From Pyrinomonadaceae bacterium (GTDB lineage Bacteria > Acidobacteriota > Blastocatellia > Pyrinomonadales > Pyrinomonadaceae), in assembly GCA_036401595.1 (NCBI GenBank), contig DASWUM010000020.1:4784-68783 (forward strand): a DNA stretch of 64,000 nucleotides, written 5' to 3'. A program made the translations under genes and the position numbers. The notes below the pieces were generated by a model. That model did not search any database. It saw only the letters and a list, made by a program, of their open reading frames with translations, and was not told where the DNA came from. Of this stretch, positions 34,550-44,169 are shown piece by piece (position 1 is the first letter of the stretch; every line of letters starts with the position of its first letter).

Positions 34550-36175
34550 GTGAAGAAAATTCATGCCTTACTAATGATCGCGATTCTTTTTAGCGTTACC
34601 TCAATGCCCCTGATGGTCCAGGCCCAAAGCGATACCGCACTCCAGCATCGGGCTGAGGTTAGCTATCCGATGAAGTTTGACAAGACACCCAAGCCGCTGC
34701 GCGAAATGTTTGATACCGGCGAGAAACCGGAACCGGCTCGCGCCGGCAAGGATTTTGAACCGGGCCGGCCGTCGCCAGTTGGAAATAGCAACAAGCCGTT
34801 TGTCGATCCCCTCGCCGATAAGAGCGTCGGCCTGCCGTCTGCTCTGGCTGAGATCAAAGCGTCCATCAACGGCACGCCTGTCGATCCCGCCGCTCGTGTG
34901 GCGCCGCCGGACACTACCGGCGACGTTGGACCAAATCATTATGTGCAGTGGGTCAACCTGCGTTACTCGATTTATACGTTGACCAGAAATGCAAACAACG
35001 AGATCACTGCATTCAATCCCGTTGCCGGATTTCCGAAAAACGGAAACGTCGTGTGGCAGGGTTTTGGCGGTCGCTGCCAGACAGACAACGACGGTGATCC
35101 GATTGTTCAATACGATCAGTTGGCCGACCGTTGGATACTGACCCAGTTCGCCGTGTCGGGCACGCCGTACACTCAGTGTGTCGCCGTTTCGACGACTCCT
35201 GATCCGACCGGGACGTACTTCCGCTACTCGTTCTCTTACAACAAGAGCTTCAACGACTATCCGAAGATGGGCGTGTGGCCGGATGCGTATTACATCAGTT
35301 ACAACATGTTTCGAAATGGCCGGACCTTCACCGGCAACACTGTGTGCGCTTTCGAACGCGCTCAGATGCTGATCGGTGGCGCCGCACGACAAGCCTGCGT
35401 CAACACGACTGCAGGCGCTAGTCTCGAACCGTCGGATCTGGAGGGCACGACACTACCACCGGCCGGTTCCCCAAACCTGTTGATGAGCATTACCAGTTCG
35501 GCAGTTCAATTTTGGCGATTCTCCGTCAACTGGACCGCGGGCACCGGAACACTAACTGGCCCAACTAACGTCGCGGGGGTTGCTGCCTTCAGTAGAGCGT
35601 GCGGCGGCGGCGTTTGCATTCCGCAACCTGGAACCACAACACAACTCGATTCGCTCGCGGATCGATTGATGTATCGACTCAGTTATCGAAACTTCGGCGA
35701 TCACGAGGCGCTGGTGATTAACCATTCGGTGACCAGTGGCTCTGGCGTTGGCGTTCGCTGGTATGAGTTGCGAAACGCAGCGGGCCAGACTTTTGGCTCT
35801 GCAGCGCCCGTGCTTTTCCAACAGGGAACGTTTGCCCCGACCAACGATTTCCGTTGGATGGGAAGCGCTGCGATGGACAAGACCGGTGGCATCGCTATCG
35901 GTTACAACATCTCGAGCTCGTCGATTGTGCCGAGCATTCGTTACGCCTATCGTGGTCCTTCCGATCCGGCAGGAACGATCGGCAATGAGACATCGATCCT
36001 GGTGGGAAGTGGCTCGCAAAACGGAAACCTGACACGCTGGGGTGACTACAGCACCATCAGCGTCGACCCGGTTGACGGCTGCACGATGGTCTTCACGACG
36101 CAGTTCCAGCCTATTACCGGCAACTTCAACTGGAGCACGTTTATCCACAGCTTCAAGCTTTCGACCTGCAACTAG
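34550..36175 (+). CDS. hypothetical exported protein
   Basis: I prefer GTG 34550 (MKKIHALLMIAILFSVTSMPLMVQAQ), with RBS ggagga at 34540-34545. The coding frame is long and clean. I noted the motif PPDTTGDVGPNHYVQWVN but do not recognise the family. Confidence 0.65.
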   Translation: MKKIHALLMIAILFSVTSMPLMVQAQSDTALQHRAEVSYPMKFDKTPKPLREMFDTGEKPEPARAGKDFEPGRPSPVGNSNKPFVDPLADKSVGLPSALAEIKASINGTPVDPAARVAPPDTTGDVGPNHYVQWVNLRYSIYTLTRNANNEITAFNPVAGFPKNGNVVWQGFGGRCQTDNDGDPIVQYDQLADRWILTQFAVSGTPYTQCVAVSTTPDPTGTYFRYSFSYNKSFNDYPKMGVWPDAYYISYNMFRNGRTFTGNTVCAFERAQMLIGGAARQACVNTTAGASLEPSDLEGTTLPPAGSPNLLMSITSSAVQFWRFSVNWTAGTGTLTGPTNVAGVAAFSRACGGGVCIPQPGTTTQLDSLADRLMYRLSYRNFGDHEALVINHSVTSGSGVGVRWYELRNAAGQTFGSAAPVLFQQGTFAPTNDFRWMGSAAMDKTGGIAIGYNISSSSIVPSIRYAYRGPSDPAGTIGNETSILVGSGSQNGNLTRWGDYSTISVDPVDGCTMVFTTQFQPITGNFNWSTFIHSFKLSTCN

Positions 36176-36252
36176 AACGCAGATTAACGCGGATGAGGAC
36201 GGATTTTGTGCCGTTTTCATCCGCGTAGATCTGTGTGCTAGGATCTGCGGCT
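36176..36252. repeat. heptamer-phased intergenic repeat (CGCAGAT/CGCGGAT forward, ATCCGCG/ATCTGTG/ATCTGCG reverse)
   Basis: gaacgcagattaacgcggatgaggacggattttgtgccgttttcatccgcgtagatctgtgtgctaggatctgcggct starts right after the TAG stop at 36173-36175. Confidence 0.85.
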
Positions 36253-36253
36253 C

Positions 36254-37285
36254 GTGTCACTCTGGAAGAACTACATGTACCGGCGCGAGCGCTGGTACCA
36301 CCAACGCGATAACAACCGCCTCGTGCGCCCTTTTGAATGGGGCCTTGAGTACATCGTCGACCATGTAAATGGCGACGACCCGCGCGAATTATTCCGCAAA
36401 CACACCGCCGACGTGATGACGGCAAGCGACGACTTTTACGCTTTGCCGCCGATAACCGATTACCGTCTCGAAGACGATCAGTTGACCTGGACGAGCGCTG
36501 TGCATACTCCGTCGGCTGAAAACAACGTCGCGCATGGTCGTTTCTTTCCAGCCAAAGCGAAAACCGGAAAAGGTCCTCGCAATGCTGTGGTGGTGTTGCC
36601 GCAATGGAACGCGCAGCCTGAAAGCCACGTGGAAGCGTGCCGGATCTTCAACATGATCGGCATGTCGGCGTTGCGTTTGACGCTTCCCTATCATCTGCAA
36701 CGCAAGCCACCCGAGATCGAGCGCGCCGATCATCTCGTGAGCGCCAACATCGGACGCACGATTCAATCGATGCGTCAGGCGGTGCTGGATACTCGTGCAG
36801 CAGTGCAGTGGTTAAAAGGGGAGGGCTACGAACGCGTCGGTATTCTCGGCACCAGCGTCGGCTCGTGCATTGCCTTTCTCGCTTTTGCTCACGAGCCCGA
36901 TTTGAATGCGGGAGCCTTTAATCACGTTTCGGGTTATGTCGCAGATGTGGTCTGGCACGGGTTATCGACAGCGCACGTGCGGGCGGGTTTTGGAGAACAG
37001 TTGACGCTGGATGAACTGCGGAACTACTGGGCGCCGATTAGCCCGTTACCATTCATGCCTCGTGTCGCAGAGATGGGCCAGCGGCCGATTCGATTCATCG
37101 TGGCGCGCTACGATCTGACTTTTCCACTCGATCTCTCACGCGAAGCAATCGCCGAGGCGCAGCGACAAAAACTTCCTCTCGACATCGTCTGGCTTCCCTG
37201 CGGACACTACACCACCGGCGAACTTCCGTGGAAAGCAATCGACGCCTGGAAGATCGCGACCTTCTTCCGAAAACAATTCAAATAA
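36254..37285 (+). CDS. alpha/beta hydrolase family protein
   Basis: Nucleophile elbow ILGTSVGSCIAF and C-terminal LPCGHY (His). The start is GTG 36254 or ATG 36275. Confidence 0.65.
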   Translation: MSLWKNYMYRRERWYHQRDNNRLVRPFEWGLEYIVDHVNGDDPRELFRKHTADVMTASDDFYALPPITDYRLEDDQLTWTSAVHTPSAENNVAHGRFFPAKAKTGKGPRNAVVVLPQWNAQPESHVEACRIFNMIGMSALRLTLPYHLQRKPPEIERADHLVSANIGRTIQSMRQAVLDTRAAVQWLKGEGYERVGILGTSVGSCIAFLAFAHEPDLNAGAFNHVSGYVADVVWHGLSTAHVRAGFGEQLTLDELRNYWAPISPLPFMPRVAEMGQRPIRFIVARYDLTFPLDLSREAIAEAQRQKLPLDIVWLPCGHYTTGELPWKAIDAWKIATFFRKQFK

Positions 37286-37307
37286 TCTTTTCATGCCTTT
37301 TCGTAGC

Positions 37308-38969
37308 TCACTTGGCTAACGGAAATACAGGCTCAATATCCACCGGCACAGTCTTCAGCTTATCGAATGCCTGCTGCATCGAAGGGCGAATCACCGCAAA
37401 CTTATCCAGGATCGCTTTCGCCTTATCGTAAGAACCTTCCGCTTCGAGCGTCAGCAGATCGTGCGTGAGTTTTGTCACGCCGTCTTTGATCTTCGCGTGA
37501 TCGACGCTGAACGTCCCTTTTGCTTCGTTGAACTTTATCGCACCCTCATCAGTGAGATAGTTGAACTGCATGGCAACGCCACGTCCGTGTGCCTCCGTAA
37601 TGCCGAAACGCACTGAGCGAAACATGCTCGCGAGATAAGTCGTGTAAAGCGTCCGCTCCATACTCTTCTCGATGATGCCGTGGTCGATCATGTACTGAAG
37701 CGCCCACAATCCAGTCATGTCGGCCTTCGCTTCTTCAATCGCCGAGTAGAGTTCCTTCAACTGCTTGCGCACCGTTGTTTCCTGTCCATTCACGGTAATG
37801 TTGTGTGGTCCAAGCCCGTGCATAAGTTCGTGACAAAGAATGTGCGTGAAGAAAGAATCGAAAGCGAGCGTTGATTGCTCTGCAGGGTCGAGAACCACTT
37901 TCGAGATCGGAATCAGCGTCTTGTTGAACTTCGCATCCTGCACGTTCTTCAGCATGACGCGCTTCGAGCCCTTTTCCTTCACCACGCGCTCGTCGTTCGG
38001 CAGGTTGAACGCGGCGGTTTGCACACCACTGTTCCCCTCGCCCGACCCGAAGACTTCATTGACCACGCGAATCGGCGAAGCGGCGCCGAGTTTCGGGTTC
38101 CGGTAGCGCGGATCGATTGGCAGGTTGTTTTCCAACTCCTGCAAGTGTGCGCTGAACTTCGCAAGCTTTGCGGTCTCGGCATCGTCGCGCAAGGTGACGT
38201 AAGCTTCGAAAGCCGCTTTGTAACTGAACAGTTCGTCTTCGTACGTTTCGTATGGACCGATAGTGACGTCGATGGGCGAATCGAGATCCATCCAGGCGAC
38301 GTCGCTCTCGTAATAGTCGTCCGAGCTGAACGCATCTGCTCGTTTGCTCAGAAAATTCTTCAAAGTCGCGTTAGTTGTCAGAGCCGCCGCTTCGCGCAAT
38401 AACGCTGCCGCCGGCATCAAATACTCTTTGTAAGCTTCACTGTAAGGAACGATAGTCAGCTTGCGATCTGGCCCGCGCCGAATCAGGTAAAAGAAGCCGG
38501 TGGCCTTTTGCTTGTCAGTCTCGGAGAGTCCCTGGACCCATGATTCAAACTCATCCTTCGACATGTCGTCAGGATAGTAGTTGGCATTCAGAGGCTTCAC
38601 GCGTGGCACACCGTCGATGAATGGCTCGTTCTCGTCGAGGCGCGACCATGGGCCGTCGTTGATGTAGAAATAGTGAAGACGCTGCCGTCCGACTGCGGAT
38701 TTATCGGCTTGAAGTTTCTTCTCGAGCGCGTCGTTCCCACTCCAAACCTGACGCAGAAACAGCGGATCGAGCAGCTTTGCCGCCGCGATGATCTTGCTGA
38801 GCGCGAGCCGATCTTTCGGCGTGAGCTTCGCGGTGTTGGCCGTCAGCGTAGTCGGCGCAAAGCGCGCGATCTTGCGCGCTAGTTCCGGATCGCCGCCGGT
38901 CTGTTTTTGAGCGGTCAGAGTTGTGGAGAGCAGTGACATTGTGACAACGAGTGCGATGAATAGTTTCAT
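37308..38969 (-). CDS. exported zinc metallopeptidase, dipeptidyl-peptidase III (M49)-like family
   Basis: HILCHELMHGLGPH is the HExxH-type motif and AIEEAKADMTG is the second metal motif. I start the gene at MKLFIALVVTMSLLSTTLTAQ (cat at 38967-38969). Confidence 0.6.
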   Translation of the reverse strand: MKLFIALVVTMSLLSTTLTAQKQTGGDPELARKIARFAPTTLTANTAKLTPKDRLALSKIIAAAKLLDPLFLRQVWSGNDALEKKLQADKSAVGRQRLHYFYINDGPWSRLDENEPFIDGVPRVKPLNANYYPDDMSKDEFESWVQGLSETDKQKATGFFYLIRRGPDRKLTIVPYSEAYKEYLMPAAALLREAAALTTNATLKNFLSKRADAFSSDDYYESDVAWMDLDSPIDVTIGPYETYEDELFSYKAAFEAYVTLRDDAETAKLAKFSAHLQELENNLPIDPRYRNPKLGAASPIRVVNEVFGSGEGNSGVQTAAFNLPNDERVVKEKGSKRVMLKNVQDAKFNKTLIPISKVVLDPAEQSTLAFDSFFTHILCHELMHGLGPHNITVNGQETTVRKQLKELYSAIEEAKADMTGLWALQYMIDHGIIEKSMERTLYTTYLASMFRSVRFGITEAHGRGVAMQFNYLTDEGAIKFNEAKGTFSVDHAKIKDGVTKLTHDLLTLEAEGSYDKAKAILDKFAVIRPSMQQAFDKLKTVPVDIEPVFPLAK

Positions 38970-38974
38970 ACAGT

Positions 38975-39538
38975 TTAGAATTGACTGAAGATTTCGCTCA
39001 CCTGACATGAAAAGCCAGGGAGGGCCGGCGTCGTTAACGTTTCATCCTCTCCCAGCGTCTCCTCAGGAATCAAAGATGAGCCCTGATTAATATATCTCTC
39101 GATTGCCTTGTTCTTCAGATCGATGATCCAGTACTCCGGCACGCCATGTTTACCGTAGAGTTGAAGCTTCGCTATCCGATCGCGACGAATATTCGACGAA
39201 CCGGGCGAGAGGATCTCGACCACTAGAGTTGGAGGCCCGTGCACGCGGTCATTCTTAACAAGCGTGTCGCGAACGTCGTGACTAAAAAAGACCAGATCGG
39301 GAATGACCCCGCTGTAGTTGCTGAGAATTACTCCCGGACCCGGAGCAAGTGTCCCGACGGGATTAATTTTCAGGAAGCTCCAAATCAACCCGGTAAGGTT
39401 CACTAACACTACTTGATGTGTGAGGCCTGGTGAGCAGGACACAAATAGTTCTCCTTCTATAATTTCGTAGCGATAGCCTTCTCTGTAAGGCATCACGTCC
39501 CAATCGGCAATGGTGAGAGGTTTTAGTTTGGTAGTCAT
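38975..39538 (-). CDS. Uma2 family endonuclease (DUF820)
   Basis: YEIIEGELFVSCSPGLTHQ, PDLVFF, PTLVVEILSPGS and KLQLYGKHGVPEYWIIDL form the PD-(D/E)XK pattern of the Uma2 family. Confidence 0.85.
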   Translation of the reverse strand: MTTKLKPLTIADWDVMPYREGYRYEIIEGELFVSCSPGLTHQVVLVNLTGLIWSFLKINPVGTLAPGPGVILSNYSGVIPDLVFFSHDVRDTLVKNDRVHGPPTLVVEILSPGSSNIRRDRIAKLQLYGKHGVPEYWIIDLKNKAIERYINQGSSLIPEETLGEDETLTTPALPGFSCQVSEIFSQF

Positions 39539-39578
39539 AACGCTCCGATGTTTGTGAGTTGGCGCGAGTTTACCATAC

Positions 39579-41024
39579 CTATAACGCCTGGCGGTTCTTC
39601 AGAATCCTGACGAACGACGCTGAACGCAGCTCCGGCAACGTCAATCCGGATAATTCGATCGCTTCGGCTTCGGTGATTGCGCCGCAGTTAATCGCGCGCA
39701 GGAAATAGTTAAGTAATCCCTGGCCCGTAGCGGCGTCGTCAAAGACGTCGCCGACGAGCGTGGCCTTTGCGGCTTTCTCGACAAAGTTCTTCAACCGTTC
39801 AGACGCGGCCTCGAGACTCTCGAGAAAGAATGCATAAACGGCGGCATAACGCGTCGGCAGTTGCGCGGGATGGAGATCCCATCCCTGGTAAAAAGCAGTT
39901 GTGAGTGAATGCTGAACGTGACCGTAATGCAGCCGCCAGGCGCGATGGACCACTTCCCTGTTCTCTTCGATCTGTGCGGCCGTCAACGGCGCGCCGCCCT
40001 CAGCGAAACGATGTGGCGCAACGGGCATGATGTTGGTCGCACCATCGGAAAGCCAGATGCCGGTACCGGCAAACGACACTTGCATCATGTTCTTCGCGAA
40101 ATCACACGCGGGATGCAGCATGTGCTGGTGAGCCGCAGTGATGTTGCAGCCGGCAGTGTAGTCGTAAGTGCCAAAGTGTGCCGCAACGCAACGACCCTGC
40201 GCGGCAGCAAGCAACAACGGCAGATTGATCTGTCCGCGATGATTGATGATCGACTGCGTCGTTTCGATCATCATCTCGAATTTCAAACTACCCTCTGCGA
40301 GATCGGTCTGCGCTTCGAGTTGCGCAAGCAGCGTGACGAGTGCCGACACCTGTTCCGGAATCGTGATCTTCGGCAACGTCACGACGAAGTTGTCGGGCAG
40401 AGAACCTTTGTTTAGATCGACGAGCGTCGAGACAAAAATCTCGAGCGTGCGAAAGCTGCGAGCACGCAGCTCTTCGTTGAACGGCTTGATGCGAATCCCG
40501 ATAAACGGCGGCAAGCTTCCAGTCTTGTTTCCTTCGGCCGTTTCAGCAGCAGCGGAGACGGCATGACCGTCTTCTTCCTCGTCAGGACGATTTCCGTATC
40601 CATCTTCAAAATCGATGCGAAAGTCTTCAACCGGTTCGCGCTGAAGCTTTTCAATGACGCGACGGTAGATTGTGTACGCCAGCCACGCCCCTTTATTTTC
40701 CTTGCGCGCACGCTCGGGATCGCTCTTCAAAAACGTAACCAGATCGTTCGCTTCGTCGATCGAGTCGGGAAGCTCCTCTACGCCGGGCAGTTCAATCGCG
40801 CGCGCAAAGCTCAGAAAATCAGGCGCAAACTGATCCAACGAACGCCGGGCAAGCGAGCCAAGGCGCTTGGCTGTATCAGACTTGAATAGGTGCGCGCCCC
40901 CATAAACCGTGTGCACGGGCTGTCGGTGTCCGGTTTCACCCGGATAATGACGTGTAAACTCTTCGTTCGCCTGGCGCAGCCGGTCGGTGAGTGCATCGAG
41001 AGAGCTGTCGGAAGAAGGTGTCAT
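39579..41024 (-). CDS. HpcH/HpaI aldolase / citrate lyase beta-like TIM-barrel family protein (uncharacterised subgroup)
   Basis: FRIDFEDGYG and the later EMMIET segment resemble the metal/substrate motifs of CitE/malate-synthase-like barrels. I start the gene at MTPSSDSS (cat at 41022-41024). Confidence 0.45.
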   Translation of the reverse strand: MTPSSDSSLDALTDRLRQANEEFTRHYPGETGHRQPVHTVYGGAHLFKSDTAKRLGSLARRSLDQFAPDFLSFARAIELPGVEELPDSIDEANDLVTFLKSDPERARKENKGAWLAYTIYRRVIEKLQREPVEDFRIDFEDGYGNRPDEEEDGHAVSAAAETAEGNKTGSLPPFIGIRIKPFNEELRARSFRTLEIFVSTLVDLNKGSLPDNFVVTLPKITIPEQVSALVTLLAQLEAQTDLAEGSLKFEMMIETTQSIINHRGQINLPLLLAAAQGRCVAAHFGTYDYTAGCNITAAHQHMLHPACDFAKNMMQVSFAGTGIWLSDGATNIMPVAPHRFAEGGAPLTAAQIEENREVVHRAWRLHYGHVQHSLTTAFYQGWDLHPAQLPTRYAAVYAFFLESLEAASERLKNFVEKAAKATLVGDVFDDAATGQGLLNYFLRAINCGAITEAEAIELSGLTLPELRSASFVRILKNRQAL

Positions 41025-41060
41025 GATCGTCCTCACATTAGACAAAACGCACATTTTCTC

Positions 41061-41088
41061 GTTGTGCTTTTTGTGCCTTTTTGTGGCT
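41061..41088. repeat. CACAAAA-flavour repeat, reverse units with GTGGCT cap
   Basis: gTTGTGCtttTTGTGCCtttTTGTGGCT lies just upstream of the 39579-41024 gene. Confidence 0.7.
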
Positions 41089-41133
41089 AACTGATTTTTG
41101 TGGCCCCTAGTCTAACAGACCCTAAATAGTTTA

Positions 41134-41162
41134 TTGACACAGCCTCGCCCGCTTCGTTATTT
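41134..41162 (+). promoter_or_regulatory. candidate sigma-70 promoter (TTGACA-N17-TTATTT)
   Basis: A consensus -35 TTGACA at 41134-41139, a 17-nt spacer, then TTATTT at 41157-41162. It lies about 70 nt upstream of the ATG at 41235. Confidence 0.35.
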
Positions 41163-41234
41163 TTGCAGTTGAGCCTTCCCGCGGGTTCGCCCCAATTCTT
41201 CACCTTAGTTTCGACAATTAAACCGGAGAAGTTT

Positions 41235-41831
41235 ATGAAACCGATTCTGCTTGTTTTGGGCTGTGCTCTCGTCCTTCTGGCGCAACCCGCCGGCGCGAAG
41301 CCGCAAACGTCAACAGAACCCGCGAAGCACGGCGGCAAGATTGAAACCAAGTACGACGGCTTCAACTACGAGACCGTAATGCGCCTCCAAAAAATGAAGG
41401 TCAATTGCGACGGTTTGAAAGACACGTTCAAAGATGCGTGCGTGAGTATCGAGGTGGCGTTGCATTGTCCGGGAACGCAGGTCAACTACGTGGGCCACGT
41501 GACGATACAAGTAGTTTTCGAAAATAAAGACTGGGTTCATCTTCATCCGCCGGACCAGAGAAATCTTACGGTGGTAACCGACACCGAAACGCTGCGACTC
41601 GGACGTATGAGTCCCGTGAGCGCGAATCGGCCTGGCACGTGGCAAACGAAGATCGAAGTTTTAGAAGCGAAGATTCCGTACGCAACCTTCAAGAAGATCG
41701 CGCTCTCGCAATCGGTTGGAATTCAGGTGGGAACCAGCGCAGTAGAATTACGTGAAAAGAATCGCGCCGCGTTACGCGATCTGAACAACCGCGTGATTCT
41801 GCCCGCAACCAGTGCCAGCACATCGAACTGA
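41235..41831 (+). CDS. hypothetical exported protein
   Basis: I start the gene at MKPILLVLGCALVLLAQPAGA, with RBS ggaga at 41224-41228. No family recognised. Confidence 0.6.
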   Translation: MKPILLVLGCALVLLAQPAGAKPQTSTEPAKHGGKIETKYDGFNYETVMRLQKMKVNCDGLKDTFKDACVSIEVALHCPGTQVNYVGHVTIQVVFENKDWVHLHPPDQRNLTVVTDTETLRLGRMSPVSANRPGTWQTKIEVLEAKIPYATFKKIALSQSVGIQVGTSAVELREKNRAALRDLNNRVILPATSASTSN

Positions 41832-41834
41832 GTT

Positions 41835-42410
41835 CTAGTGGCACACTTGCCACAGCTTGATCGCTTCGATCGGTCGCACGAGCATCAGGATTTGCAGCAG
41901 CAAGCTATCGTGAATCCAAAAAGTCAAAACCAGTTCCACTAGCAGAAATACAATCAACGATCGCCAAAAGCCTAATCGACGAGCAACGAGAAACCCCACC
42001 AGCGCGCAGGCGAGATCGCCGAGTGAGTTGACGATCGTGTCTCCTTCATAACCCAGTGCGGCGGTCTCGGTGCGGTACTTGTTGATTACGAAGCTCGTGT
42101 TCTCAAAAACTTCCCACGTGCTCTCCAGCAACAGCGCCAGCCAAAATTGCCATGAACCGGACAACCGCTTGAACAGCAACAACATCAGCCAGAAGAATAG
42201 AAACCCATGCAGGATGTGTGTGAGGCTGTAAGGATCGAGCAACTGCTGAGAGGTATTCGAGCTACACCAATCACTAATCCAGATCGCGAAGCGCCCACAC
42301 GAACAAATAAAACTCCGCCCCTCAACTCGCAACAACACGATCATCGCGAGCAAGACCACTATCGCTGCGACAATGAGCTTTGGCTTACTGGTTTTGTTTG
42401 AAGTATGCAA
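41835..42410 (-). CDS. DUF2585 (UPF0314) family membrane protein
   Basis: GRSFICSCGRFAIWISDWCSSNTSQQLLDPYSLTHILHGFLFFWL matches the conserved C.CG...W......S..NSQ...D.YS..H..HG signature. Confidence 0.75.
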   Translation of the reverse strand: MHTSNKTSKPKLIVAAIVVLLAMIVLLRVEGRSFICSCGRFAIWISDWCSSNTSQQLLDPYSLTHILHGFLFFWLMLLLFKRLSGSWQFWLALLLESTWEVFENTSFVINKYRTETAALGYEGDTIVNSLGDLACALVGFLVARRLGFWRSLIVFLLVELVLTFWIHDSLLLQILMLVRPIEAIKLWQVCH

Positions 42411-42816
42411 CGACGTGAGCCCGGTTGAAGTACCACCAGTTGATTGCTGTCCAAAAGATAGTCCGAACCATCAAGCCAATTACAGAAGACGGTCGGAAAT
42501 TTGGAGCGTCCTCACTGGAGAACAATACAATCGTGTTTACGATCAATGCGAACGACCAAAGCGTTAACAGCGCAAGCAAAACATACCTTGCGGCATTATC
42601 ACCAACCCAAGCCCAAACGCTCGCAGCCATAATAAAAAGCGGAAGACCAATGGAGATCATCACCGCGTACAGTGGCAATTCCAGCTCGCTATTCCGTATC
42701 GAAAGCAAAAATGTCAGCAATGGAATCGAGCCCAGGACAAGAAAGTCGATGCCTGTGAGGATGTACAGCCCCAGAGGTTTTTCAATTCTTCTTTTTGGAG
42801 TCTGGACTTGTTCCAA
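42385..42816 (-). CDS. hypothetical integral membrane protein (4 TM)
   Basis: 143-aa ORF with four hydrophobic helices. It lies 2 nt downstream of the MBL gene and overlaps the next gene by 26 nt. Confidence 0.55.
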   Translation of the reverse strand: MEQVQTPKRRIEKPLGLYILTGIDFLVLGSIPLLTFLLSIRNSELELPLYAVMISIGLPLFIMAASVWAWVGDNAARYVLLALLTLWSFALIVNTIVLFSSEDAPNFRPSSVIGLMVRTIFWTAINWWYFNRAHVVAYFKQNQ

Positions 42817-42818
42817 TG

Positions 42819-43715
42819 TCAGTTTAGCTTCTGGCTGCTTTGGCGTTGCAACTCTTTCTCAAAAGCATTTTGAGTGTCTTCGATGAACTGCTTGTATCCC
42901 TTGCTGTCGACAAATGGATTTGGTTTTTGACCCTGTTCCACCAGTTTGGACTTGGTGGCGAGATCGAAGAAGTTTCCATGTGGAGCAAGGAACACATCAC
43001 AATGCAGACTCTTTAGCACTTGAAAGGTTCGGCGGTAATCTTCGACGATGTTGGGGTAACTCGGGTTGTTGACCAGCTTGTAACCTGGAGCCGTGGTGCT
43101 ACCCGCGAAGACGACATCGTATCGCTGCTTGTCTTCCTTCACGGTCGTGGTCCAAGTCGTATTTCCTTTCGTGTGACCCGGCGTCAGGCGAGCGACCATT
43201 GTGACGCCACCCAATTCGACCTTGTCGCCGTCGCGCAAAATACGATCTGCTTTCACTGGTTCATAAGCGAATCGATCGCCGAAGTTTGGATCGCCTTTGC
43301 CGCCAGCAGCAAGCAGCGCGGCATCCGCCTCACTCGTCATCAACTTTGCGCCTGTCAGTCGTTTCAACTGGGCGAGGCCGCCGGCATGATCGTAGTGCGC
43401 GTGGCTATTGATCAGGATCTTCACATCCTCCAGACGAAAGCCAAGCTGAACGAGGTTCTGCTGAATCTGCGGGACAGTTTCGAGAAAGCCGCTATCGAGC
43501 AGAATGTGTCCTTTAGAAGTGACAATCAGATACGAGGCGATGTCCGAAGCGCCAACGTAATAGATGTTTCCGATGATGCGAAACGGTTTGACCGGTTGAT
43601 TCCAAGATCGACTCGTCTCATCCGCTTGAGCGAAGCCGTTCGTCGAACACAGCAAAATGAAGAGAAGGCAAAGAAGGGTCGCACGCATGGTCGCTGATAG
43701 TAGCGCGTGGATCAC
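42819..43715 (-). CDS. subclass B3 metallo-beta-lactamase-like hydrolase, exported
   Basis: INSHAHYDHAGG (HxHxDH), TPGHTKGNTTW and a late FLAPHG, with length and signal peptide typical of B3 (L1/GOB/FEZ-like) enzymes. Confidence 0.75.
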   Translation of the reverse strand: MIHALLSATMRATLLCLLFILLCSTNGFAQADETSRSWNQPVKPFRIIGNIYYVGASDIASYLIVTSKGHILLDSGFLETVPQIQQNLVQLGFRLEDVKILINSHAHYDHAGGLAQLKRLTGAKLMTSEADAALLAAGGKGDPNFGDRFAYEPVKADRILRDGDKVELGGVTMVARLTPGHTKGNTTWTTTVKEDKQRYDVVFAGSTTAPGYKLVNNPSYPNIVEDYRRTFQVLKSLHCDVFLAPHGNFFDLATKSKLVEQGQKPNPFVDSKGYKQFIEDTQNAFEKELQRQSSQKLN

Positions 43716-44158
43716 TTACTGACAAAGTTATAACTGATGATTCCAGCCGCTTTTACCGTGCGATCTGAGATTTTCGTTGGAGAGTGACGCGACTGGCATG
43801 CGGCCTTGATGGATGGTTCCACTAACAACGGAGGGCCTTCAATAGCGTTGGCCCAAATGGTGCGGCCCTCTTCATCGATGACGATTTTTACCCGCACCAC
43901 GCCGGCGATTTTCTTCGCCTTTGCTTCTTCCGGGTAAGCAGGTTTTGGCAGGCTAATCGCTTTTCCGCAAAGCAGTGCGTCGAAGTTAGCGCGAGTCCCG
44001 ACCTCGGGCTGAGGCCGATCGGGCGTGACACAATCCTTTAGTCTCTGCGCGTCTGGGTCGTCAGGCGGGTGACCGCCCGTTTGAGCATCAGTTCGTTGCC
44101 CGATCGTCAGGTTAACAATCAGCGTGATCACGAAGAGGATGTGGAGGAGAATTTTCAT
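43712..44158 (-). CDS. TonB C-terminal domain-containing exported protein
   Basis: LPKPAYPEEAKAKKIAGVVRVKIVIDEEGRTIWANAIEGPPLL is the TonB_C pattern. It overlaps the MBL start by 4 nt. Confidence 0.7.
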   Translation of the reverse strand: MKILLHILFVITLIVNLTIGQRTDAQTGGHPPDDPDAQRLKDCVTPDRPQPEVGTRANFDALLCGKAISLPKPAYPEEAKAKKIAGVVRVKIVIDEEGRTIWANAIEGPPLLVEPSIKAACQSRHSPTKISDRTVKAAGIISYNFVSK

Positions 44159-44169
44159 ACGCGATCGCT

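Noticed and set aside
42819-43715. The B3 metallo-beta-lactamase as a horizontally acquired clinical resistance determinant.
   Set aside because: There is no flanking IS, integron or plasmid signature. It is embedded in a tightly coupled local operon, which fits an intrinsic environmental enzyme. I flag it only as a resistome-reservoir candidate.
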